Source: Verrucomicrobiota bacterium (GTDB lineage: Bacteria; Verrucomicrobiota; Verrucomicrobiia; Chthoniobacterales; UBA6821). From it: 32,000 nt of DNA. The stretch is from positions 1-32,000 of the forward strand of contig WBXG01000004.1 of NCBI GenBank assembly GCA_008932965.1, read 5' to 3'. The position numbers were made by a program, and so were the translations under genes. The first letter of the stretch is position 1. Each line of letters starts with the position of its first letter. Shown here one piece after another: positions 1 through 9,100 of the stretch. The notes beneath the pieces were generated by a model. The model searched no databases and had not been told where the DNA came from. It worked only from the letters and a program-made list of their open reading frames with translations.

Positions 1-1
1 A

Positions 2-544
2 CATGGCAATGATTACATCTACCACGGAACAACACAGTTTCAGGGAATCCATAAAAAAGATACGCTTCAGCTCAGCGATAAGGAAAAAGAACATTACCCA
101 TCACACATCAATCATCTTTCGAACATCTTTCCAGAATATTATCTTCTTAAGATTAGTGGCTTTGATTTGAAAATTAGAAGTACTCTTGATGAGTGGGTGT
201 ATGCATTGAAAGAGGCTGAGGTACGACCTGAATTTCAAGCAAAAGGGATTAAAGAGGCAGGAGAAAAACTAACGCTTCTCCATCTTTCACAAGAAGAGCG
301 CTCTGCCTATGACCGCTATATTGGTGATATTAGAATTTCACGCAGCACCTTAGAATCCTCTTTCTATGATGGCCTTTCCCAGGGTGTTGCTCAGGGAGTT
401 GCTCAGGGCGTCGCTCAAGCAAAAGCTGAAATCATCTTAAATCTCTATCGCTCTGGATTACCGGCTGAGAAGATTGCACAGCTTGCAGACCTCAACCTTC
501 GCGAGGTCCAAGGAATTATTCAAACAAGTTCAGAGCACAATTAG
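2..544 (+). CDS. PD-(D/E)XK nuclease family transposase-like protein (Rpn/YhgA-like), C-terminal part; 5' end runs off the window
   Basis: Frame 2 is open from nt 2 with no stop before the tracked ORF at 167, which only begins at an internal TTG. The translation ..FPEYYLLKISGFD..STLDEWVYALKEAE.. plus a (QGVA)x3 helical tail fits the C-terminal half of this family. TAG stop at 542-544. Confidence 0.55.
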   Translation, partial: HGNDYIYHGTTQFQGIHKKDTLQLSDKEKEHYPSHINHLSNIFPEYYLLKISGFDLKIRSTLDEWVYALKEAEVRPEFQAKGIKEAGEKLTLLHLSQEERSAYDRYIGDIRISRSTLESSFYDGLSQGVAQGVAQGVAQAKAEIILNLYRSGLPAEKIAQLADLNLREVQGIIQTSSEHN

Positions 545-549
545 TAGGG

Positions 550-1623
550 TTAAAAAGGAGCTGATAGCTCTAACCACTCGGGATGCGCCTCCGCGTGTTT
601 TGCGATCTCTTCTAAAATTTCTTCACTCTTCCATGTTGGCTTCCATCCCCAAACCTGCTCCGCTTTTCTAGAATCAAGAATCATCCAGGGAATATCAAAA
701 GTTCTTATCTCCTTACTAGAAACAATCTCATGAGCTCCAAAACGTTTGGAGCACCATGCTGAGAGCTGTCGCAGCGACATGGCTGAATCACGACCACCCG
801 AAGCGTTGATCACTCGATTTTTCATGGAGGGATCGTTTCCATAGAGTTGTTGCGAAATCAATGCCGATACATCACGCGGATGAAGGCAGTCGCGAACTTG
901 ATATCCTTTCCCCTCAAAACCAATATATTGGAGAGGTTTTCTCCTCAAACAACTGTTGATCCAGTAAGCAAAAATTCCTTGATCTGCCCTCCCAAACTGC
1001 CCAGCTCCTGCAAGGACACCACAACGATTGATCAAGACAGGAAAATCAAAACTTTCTCCATACTCCAATGCTAACAACTCCGAAGCCCGCTTTGTCGAAC
1101 CATAGAGTGAAAGAGGTGGTTCCGTAGAGAAGGATTCATCAACACCATGCTTGGAAATTCCCATTGGCAGCAAATCCTGCTCTTTTAAAGAAAAAGCATC
1201 TTCTGCTTCTTGAACTGGTAAGGCCGCTAGCGGAAGGATTGAATAGACGCGACTCGTGCTCAGTAAAATAAATTTGGCCTGATGTTGTTTGCAATATTCA
1301 AGCAGGTTGATTGTTCCGCTTAGGTTGTGCTCGATGAGTTGACGCGAACTCGTTTTCCCATCGACTCCAGCAAGCACGCTTGGGTTGGCCGCAGCATCAA
1401 TAACCCCATCAACCCTTGGTAACTGCTCTAGATCGCTGGCACTGCGAAGGTCGCCATGGAAAAGCTGGATCCCTAATTTCTTTAAGGAGGTCCGATTTGA
1501 TTCACTCCCAGGGCGAATGAAATTATCGATACCCATGAGCTCGAGGTCTTCATGGCGTTCTTTCAAGGCTTGCGCCACAGCATGACCTACAAATCCACAG
1601 ATGCCGGTGATGAGAAGTTTCAT
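550..1623 (-). CDS. NAD-dependent epimerase/dehydratase (extended SDR, CDP-paratose 2-epimerase-like)
   Basis: 357-aa ORF. N-terminal Rossmann motif MKLLITGICGFVGHAV, a YGSTK catalytic YxxxK motif, and overall collinearity with RfbE-type sugar-nucleotide epimerases. Confidence 0.8.
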   Translation of the reverse strand: MKLLITGICGFVGHAVAQALKERHEDLELMGIDNFIRPGSESNRTSLKKLGIQLFHGDLRSASDLEQLPRVDGVIDAAANPSVLAGVDGKTSSRQLIEHNLSGTINLLEYCKQHQAKFILLSTSRVYSILPLAALPVQEAEDAFSLKEQDLLPMGISKHGVDESFSTEPPLSLYGSTKRASELLALEYGESFDFPVLINRCGVLAGAGQFGRADQGIFAYWINSCLRRKPLQYIGFEGKGYQVRDCLHPRDVSALISQQLYGNDPSMKNRVINASGGRDSAMSLRQLSAWCSKRFGAHEIVSSKEIRTFDIPWMILDSRKAEQVWGWKPTWKSEEILEEIAKHAEAHPEWLELSAPF

Positions 1624-1632
1624 TTTTAAAAT

Positions 1633-2691
1633 CTAACGACTCCGCTGTTGCCACGCCTCTACAATCTGATGCATGGTCTCAGCTAGAGTTTGAGTAATCC
1701 CCCAGGAAGGATAATGGTGCTGCATTTTTCGAAGATCAGAATAGTAGCAAATATGATCTCCAAGGCGGGCTTGATCGAGGTAAGAAAAAACCTGCTTTTT
1801 TCCTGTGAACTCTTCCGCGAGCTTAAAAGCTTCTAAAATGGAAATGCTATTTTCTTTTCCTCCTCCAAGATTATAGACCTCAGCAACGCACGGTGCCTCA
1901 ATAAAGGCAGCCATAAACCGTGCCACATCCAGGGAATGGATATTATCACGGACTTGCTTCCCTTTGTATCCGTAAATGTTGTACTCACGCTCTTCTAAAT
2001 TGCACTTTACCAAATAAGAGAGAAACCCGTGAAGCTCCACTCCTGCATGATTGGGACCGGTAAGACATCCCCCGCGCAAACAACAGGTTGGCATTCCAAA
2101 ATAGCGTCCATATTCTTGAACCATCACATCAGCGGCAACCTTCGAGGCCCCAAAAAGAGAATGCTTTGACTGGTCAATGGTGAAATCTTCTGCAATTCCA
2201 TGTTCGTACTTGAGATCATCATAATCGTAACGAGACTCCAGCTCCTTCATCGTGATATGATTAGCAGCATCTCCATAAACCTTATTCGTCGACATATGAA
2301 TAAAAGGTGATTCTGGGCAAAACTGCCGAGCCGCCTCCAACAGATTCATGGTCCCCACTGCATTCGTATCAAAATCATCAAAAGGAATCGCAGCCGCACG
2401 ATCATGAGAAGGTTGCGCCGCTGTATGGATAATGACATCGGGCTTTATCTCCTTTACTAGCTCAAGTATCCCCTGACGATCCCGAATATCAAGCTCATGA
2501 TGAACAAAACCAGGCACTTTTTTTACAAGCCGCTCCTGATTCTACCTCGTATCCCCCTGCACCCCAAAAAAAATTGCCCTCTGGTTATTATCAATACCGT
2601 GAATTTTATAACCAAGTTCTGTTCCAAAATAGCGCACAACTTCGGAACCGATCAGGCCAGATGAACCAGTGACAAGAAGTTTTTTAGTCAT
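1633..2691 (-). pseudogene. NAD-dependent epimerase/dehydratase (extended SDR) interrupted by an in-frame TAG at 2542-2544
   Basis: The tracked ORF 1633-2517 lacks the Rossmann N-terminus. The same frame continues upstream through a single TAG to an ATG at 2691, giving [58 protein letters not shown] counted 49 codons between the ATG and the TAG. YxxxK is present as FGASK. Confidence 0.75.
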
Positions 2692-2704
2692 ATTTTAGTT
2701 AGGC

Positions 2705-4283
2705 TCAATAAGGAGCTGAAGAATTATTCATATAAATGTCAAAATAACCTAACTGTATTACGCTATTTAAATTGCTGTGAGCATTTAAAAAAGTTTTAAG
2801 AATCTCTATGTTTTGCAAGGAGATTTTTTGACTTTGATTAACTACAACAGCAGAAACATCGAGCCCTCCATAAACTTGATTGTTTTGTAAAACTTCAAGG
2901 GCTTTTTCTGAGCTAATCCAATTAGGAATCATAAGAGACTTTCTTTCAGCGTAAAAAGGAATTTCAGCACTCCAATCTTCTCCAAATAATACAATAATAG
3001 AATTACTTGGAGTAGAGTTGCGAATTTTTTTGGTAATATCTAATCGGTCTTGATTGCTAGCATCATTTCGTGCTGCGTTAATATCTACAATATATTTTTT
3101 GTAATTCTGTTGAAACCGAGAAAAATCAGACCAACAAACAAAAATAAATAAAATAAGAAACAACAAATTTGATGCTCTTATTTTAATAATATACAAAGAA
3201 AATGACAGACATAAAACCAACCAAAAACTATTAGCATATTGATAATAATCATGAACAATATGCAAGTTAGTGAAAATTAATATAGGCGCCACAAATAATA
3301 ATAGAAGAATAACAATGAGTGCTTTTTGTTTATTACTTCCAACTAATATTCCAACCGCTATGATAAACAAACAAGATATGGAGCCTACAGCATGAGGAAT
3401 AATTCGATCAATAACAGTCTTCTTCAATAAGCCGCTACTAAAACGCTGTGGCAAACTTCCGAAATTCTATCCTTGGAGATTTTTGGAGGTTAAAGCTCTT
3501 CCAATCTCATTAGTTAATTTTAAATCATCGGCCTGTTCCGTCCATAATTTTACAGCAATAGAACAAAGTATAAGCACTACAAATAGCGGAACCATTTTTA
3601 AAATAATCCCCCTAATATTAGCAGCTGAAAAATTACTGCTATTTAACATTACTAATGAAAAGAAAGCTGCTAGAACAAAGGAAGGAAATGTCGTAATTTT
3701 AATAAGAGAACATAACACCCCAAAAACAAAAATCCAAAATATCCATCGAATATGATTTGTTTTACTAAAACGAATCGATGCCCATAGAAATAAAAATCCC
3801 GTTAATAGAGCACTTGACTCTATAAGAAATGCTCTGCTCCAATATAAATAGATTGGCGACAACAAGATCAGTATCGCCGATATATAAAAATATTCCTTAT
3901 CAAGATCAATTTCTTTAATGATTTTATATAATGGAATGAAACAACAAAAATATAATAACGTACTTAGCCACCTTCCTGATTTATCCAAAGGGATTCCTGT
4001 TATAGAATGAATGCCAGCTGCACCTAATTGAAACAAAGGAAACTCAAAAGGAATGGACCAAGGCGATCCAAATAAGGGTGTTTCATAAAAAAACAAACTC
4101 TTAAAAAGATGATGGAAGTCAAACCAATAGGCTGTTATTGCCGTTTGCACCTCCCTGCTCCCATACCAACCCAAGAGAGGCTCACTAGCATACTGAAGGT
4201 AAAAATAGATAATTCCAATAAATAGAGCCAGAATAGCTATGTGGTACCCTATATTAATATCGTTTTTTTTTATAGAAAATCAT
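2705..4283 (-). pseudogene. GT-C fold polytopic membrane glycosyltransferase (ArnT/PMT-like), disrupted by a homopolymer frameshift near the start and an in-frame TAG at 3467-3469
   Basis: ORFs 3467-4174 and 2705-3454 are in the same frame, separated only by TAG plus 4 codons (..KNLQG*NFGSLPQRF..). Together they give about 12 TM segments plus a C-terminal soluble domain. The frame stays open upstream to 4279 and encodes a first TM segment (IGYHIAILALFIGIIYFYL) with no canonical start. An ATG at 4283-4281 is one nt out of frame across an A9 run. Confidence 0.55.
4263..4271 (-). repeat. Homopolymer tract (T9 on +, A9 in gene sense) at codons 5-7 of the GT-C gene
   Basis: Counted directly: cg ttttttttt atag. 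Loss of one nt (or gain of two) joins ATG 4283 to the long ORF as MIFYKKNDINIGYH... Confidence 0.8.
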
Positions 4284-4408
4284 TGCTATTTTAGTAGTAC
4301 ACTGCAGGTTAATGAGAAATCAATTTTTGCGCCAAAATTCGAACCATAGGTATTGAAGTAATTTTGGGGCTGTACCAGATAACACAATAAAGTGATTTCT
4401 AATACAAC

Positions 4409-4849
4409 ATGAGAATAAGCAGATTAAAAGGCAAGAAGCAAAAGAAGTTGATGGAGCATTTTGTAGCCGTAACTACAGCACGATGCGCGAGTAATCTGGT
4501 TGGAATAAATGTTAAGACAGCTTGCTATTATTTTCATAGACTTCTCGAACTAATTTTTGAACAACTAGAGGATAAATCGAAAGATGTTTTTTGTGGTGAA
4601 ATTGAAGTGGATGAATCTTATTTTGTGGGAACTCGTAAAGGCAAACGTGGAAGAGGAGCTGGTGGTAAGGTGCCTGTCTTTGGTCTTCTGAGGAGAGGGG
4701 GAAAGGTTTATACAAAAATAATTTCTGATGCATCATCAACAACTCTTATTCCTATTATCAAAGAAAAAGTGATTCCCGATAGTATTGTTTACTCAGGCGC
4801 TTTCAACGGCGAAGTGCAACAGCGAGTAAAAAATAGAATGGCTACATGA
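4409..4849 (+). mobile_element. IS1595-family (ISXO2-like) transposase, 3'-truncated remnant
   Basis: ..HFVAVTTARCASNLVGINVKTACYYFHRL..GEIEVDESYFVGTRKGKRGRGAGGKVPVFGLLRRGGKVYTKIISDASSTTLIPIIKEKVIPDSIVYS matches the N-terminal two thirds of IS1595 transposases. Similarity ends near nt 4797 and the rest of the DDE domain is absent. Confidence 0.75.
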
Positions 4850-4889
4850 TGTTGGTAATCTCAGAGGTGTCAAAACCGAGGAGATTATC

Positions 4890-5329
4890 ATGGCCAGAGG
4901 CTATCATCATGTAACCAGAGACCAACGATGCCAAATTTGTGCATTAAGAGCAAGAGGATGTTCAATACGTTCCATAGCCAAACAACTTGGCTGTCATCCA
5001 TCAAAAATCAGTCGAGAAATAAGGCGCAATAAGGGGAAGCGAGGTTATCGTATTGAGCAAGCTGATAAAAAGCAAGAGAACGTCGGTCTAGGGCCTGCCA
5101 AGGGGCAAAGAAGATGAAGCGTGATTTGATAAAGCAAATCAAAGAAGAGATTCAAGCGAAGTGGAGTCCAGAGCAGATTAGTATTCGTCTGAAAGAAAAA
5201 GGAATCTTGATTAGTCATGAGACCATTTACAAAATGATATGGTCAGGCAAGCAAGGTGTAGGCATTCTTTACAAACATCTGCGGCATCTATCAATGAAAG
5301 ATTCTAACTGCTTAAAAGGAATAAATTGA
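4890..5329 (+). mobile_element. IS30-family transposase N-terminal (HTH) remnant, frameshifted and 3'-truncated
   Basis: ..HVTRDQRCQICALRARGCSIRSIAKQLGCHPSKISREIRRNKGKRGYR.., then in another frame ..WSPEQISIRLKEKGILISHETIYKMIW..LYKHLRH. This is the typical IS30 N-terminus. No DDE catalytic domain follows. It abuts the truncated IS1595 fragment, suggesting nested insertion. Confidence 0.7.
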
Positions 5330-5359
5330 CTTGGAATATATTTTCTTTATTAAAATAAC

Positions 5360-6133
5360 TTATACTCTCTTAAGAATGTATAAATCTTGATGACTCCACC
5401 AATAGCCAATTTTAAGTGAAATAAGTTTGCATTTATTGATTTTATCAATTTCTTTTATCACAAATAATGGTGAAGTAGCGGTCAGTCCGTAATCTGTTAT
5501 TGCAAGATCTTTTTGTTCACTATCACTTCTAAAAAAGAATCCATCCTGATCTAAGCTAGGACAATTAAGATATTTTAAACTTTCAAATCCATGGGTAGTA
5601 AAAATAATATACCCACCAGGATTGCACCTATTTACTAATGTATTTAACCATTTTGTCCAGGTAGAACGAGGCATATGACTAAAAAAAGATAGCGCAAATA
5701 TGATATCAAATATTTCATTTGGATAATCATCTGGATTTGTAGTCGATTGAATAAAAGAACACCCAAAGTTATCTTTAATAAATTGACTCGCTTCAAGGTG
5801 AATATCAGAAGCAGTAAGATTTAATCCTGGAATAATCGAGCTAATATGCCTTGTCACACAACCATACCCTGATGCAAATTCTAATAGTTTGATATTTTTT
5901 AAGGCATCCATTAAAAAAAGTTCTTCAAAAAGTATTTTTCTAAGTAAATTTGCTGATTTTAAACCGTCTTCAAAATAGTAATTACTCGCTTCTTTAATAT
6001 TTGAAAAACATGGATTAGAAACAAGAAAATCAAAAATAAAATCATTTTCATGTATTTCTGTATTTACTAAAAATTTTTCCCTATAAAAAGTTTTTAATTT
6101 TGATTTATATTCTTCGATTTTTTTATTCTTCAT
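5360..6133 (-). CDS. Class I SAM-dependent methyltransferase
   Basis: 257-aa ORF in ~30% GC DNA. Motif I-like LLEFASGYGCVTRHI and post-I/II segments (DIIFALSFFSHM, PGGYIIFTTH). Confidence 0.7.
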   Translation of the reverse strand: MKNKKIEEYKSKLKTFYREKFLVNTEIHENDFIFDFLVSNPCFSNIKEASNYYFEDGLKSANLLRKILFEELFLMDALKNIKLLEFASGYGCVTRHISSIIPGLNLTASDIHLEASQFIKDNFGCSFIQSTTNPDDYPNEIFDIIFALSFFSHMPRSTWTKWLNTLVNRCNPGGYIIFTTHGFESLKYLNCPSLDQDGFFFRSDSEQKDLAITDYGLTATSPLFVIKEIDKINKCKLISLKIGYWWSHQDLYILKRV

Positions 6134-6152
6134 TATTTTTTAATTTAGTTTT

Positions 6153-9100
6153 TTATTCTACTGATTTCATAAAGTTTTCTCTGTTTTTTTGAATAATTCT
6201 TTCTACCTCTTTCATCACAATTGGACCTTCCAAAGATTCAAGAACTCCTTTTTTACTATTTCTAGCATTCCCCGAACCAATTCTCCAGTAATTTAAGGGA
6301 TTAGTAATATATGCTATATTCCCGTGCTCCAATAACCGTACCCAAAGTAACCAATCGGCGCAGAAGCGCATTTGATCATCAATGAGCTGAGCTAAGCCAT
6401 CAAAATTACGCATAATGACACCACTTGCATTGAGAATTGTATTTTTCTTGCTTAAAAAGTGCCGAATTTCTTCAACTCCATTGTTTATGTAGTCTGATTT
6501 CCAACGATCAGAATGAAATTCACGAAGCCATTCATCCGGGGTTCCTAGAGAAGATCCACTCTTATCAATCATTATCAAATTAGAGGTTGCAAAAGCTAAG
6601 GAGGAATCAGATTCCAAGCGTAAGACTAATTCTTTTATAAAAGAAGAATCTGCTATGTCATCTGATTCAGCAATCCAAATATATTTACCAGAAGCGAGTT
6701 CTATCCCTTTTTGCCATTGCTTAAAAGTCGAACCACTATTTTTCTCGTTAAAAAATGCTTTTGCTCTGGGCTCTCTTACTAAAAGTTGATCAATGATTTC
6801 TTTGCTATTATCTTCTGAAGCATCATCTAAGATAATAATTTCAATGTTTCTGTAATTCTGATTGATAATACTTTGAAAACGCTCCTTTAAATAATTTTCG
6901 TGATTATAATTTGGAACAATAACCGTAACAAGCGGTTCATTATTTGTGTTAATAGAAGGAAGCAAAATAGGAAATCGCTTTTTAAATAGGTTAAAGATTT
7001 CCTTGGCGGCATTGATGCTACTATGAAGAGCATGGACTCGCTTTTTAGCCACATCCCCTAGAGAGACTCTTATTTCTTTATCTTTAGCTAAGAAAAGAAT
7101 AGCTTCTGTTGCTGCGGTCGTATTTTCAAATGGAACAGTGATTCCTGCATCTTCTCTAACGAAAGAAGGAATATTTCCCGTCTCTGAAAAACAAATGATC
7201 GGCAAGCTTGCATCTGCAGCTTCAAGTGCGACAAGAGGACAAGGATCCTCTCTTGAAGAAAGAAAGAAAATATCTCCAATATAATAATAGCGCCTTGACT
7301 GTAGCTGACTACCCAAAAACAAAATATTTTCTTCAAGAGATACTTGTTTTACTATTTGCATATAGGAAGAGGGATCTCCACCTATCCATATAAACTTTAA
7401 TAGCTTATTTTTTTTACATGCTTCAATAGCCGTTTTTAAAAAAAGGTCAGGGCCTTTTCTCCAATCTGTTGTTCCACAGCCAAAAACAACAATGTTATCC
7501 GGCGAAATTCCTAGTTGTTGTTTTAACTCTTTTTTTTCTTCTTCCGTGGGAATTTGTTCTATTGTTAAACACTCGATAAAATCAGGCAAATAGCCTGACT
7601 TCTCTAAAGAAAGCATATGCTCCTTTTGGAGGTTTTCAATGACTTGAGGAGCTCCTCCCAAAATTAAATCACTATTTTTTAAGGTCTCTTTGATAATTTC
7701 CCCAGGAGCCCATCGTTCAATGGCTTTTTGTAACTCATGAGCATGAGTAATAATAGGTACTTTTAAAAAACGCAGTCTTTTTAAAAATAATCCATTAACA
7801 ACAGTGCTTGAGTAAACGCCAATAATATCTTCTGACAGAAAAGATGTTAATACTGCTTCTTGCTCTTTGGCATCCCTATAGTCTTCTAAAACCAATGTAT
7901 CGCCTAGTAACTCAAAATTATTGCGGAGTTCTCCACTTTTAATAAGAATTACTTTGAATTTTGTTATCTTTGTTCGAGTCCATTCTTTTAAAAGATTTAA
8001 AGTTAATATTTGAGCTCCTGCTAAAGCTGCATCATGACTAACAACTAATATATTAGAATCTGTATTCGCAGTCTCAGTAGAGTATGAATACAGGTTCTTA
8101 GAATCTTTCTCATTTTGATTATAATATTGAAGCGCGCGTTTTGTGGCATTCAGAAAAACATATCCATTCTTTTTATCAGGTTCTAAATGACACCCCTCTC
8201 CCCATTCATTCCATGCATTAATAAAAAGTAGTCGTTCGCTTTCTTTAAAATTTTTCCTGGTTTTGGCAATCGCATCGACTAACCATTTATAGTAGTTATT
8301 TGGGGTAGACTTAATCCATGATGTCGCCCTTTCCATGCGTCGAGCTGTATTATCCCATGAAGGACATACGGCTCTTATTAGTCGATAAGATTCTTTTTCT
8401 TGAGAATAAAAAGAAATCATTTCTTCCATATTATAGATATAACCGGAAAAATTTTTCTTTATTCGTGATATAGGTTTTAGAAAAATATTTTCTGCGGGTA
8501 CATTAGCAGGGGGAAACTGAATGGCTGCATCTAGACCATTTTTGAGAGGATCAATAATTTCTAATGATCTCATGCATGCGAGATAGATCTCTCCAATTCC
8601 TTCACTTTTACATACCTTGCGCCAATGCTCAGCAGTAGCCGTCATATTAGGAAGTAAACCTGGTCGATAAATAATCAACAGCGGTTTATTGTTAATCCTG
8701 ATATATCTTGGATCTTTTAAAGCAGGAATAATATCATAAATAAATTTTTCATCGTTTTCATAAGAGTGAACCTGCTCTATTAACACTTCGCTATCTCCAC
8801 CATCCCATGTTCGCGTCCAGTTCTCATTAGCCCAGCAGAAACAAAATGGAAAATCGGGTTTTCCAGTTTCAAGAAGACGATTTAACGGTTTTTCCAACAG
8901 CTTTTTCCCATTAAACCAGTAATAATAATAACAAAATCCATGAATTCCATGTTGACGAGCTAATTCTACTTGCTTTTCTAAAATTGACGGATCATCGAGA
9001 TCATAATAACCAAGATCGGGATGAGGAATGTGAGGTTGATAATGACCTGGATAAAAAGGACGACCTCTTTTTACATTAGTCCACTCAGTAAAGCCTTCAC

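Noticed and set aside
380-415. 12-nt tandem repeat (cagggNgtNgct x3) encoding QGVA x3
   Set aside because: It lies within the coding sequence, is in frame, and short G-rich reiterations are usual in the C-terminal tail of Rpn/PD-(D/E)XK transposase-like proteins. It is not a separate feature.
2542-3469. Possibility that TAG is reassigned or read as a sense codon (pyrrolysine-like or a code variant)
   Set aside because: TAG terminates canonical-length housekeeping genes in the same window: frr at 15716-15718 and moxR at 26583-26585, plus the SDR gene at 1633-1635 and the Rpn-like gene at 542-544. Global reassignment is therefore very unlikely. Local nonsense mutations are the simpler reading.
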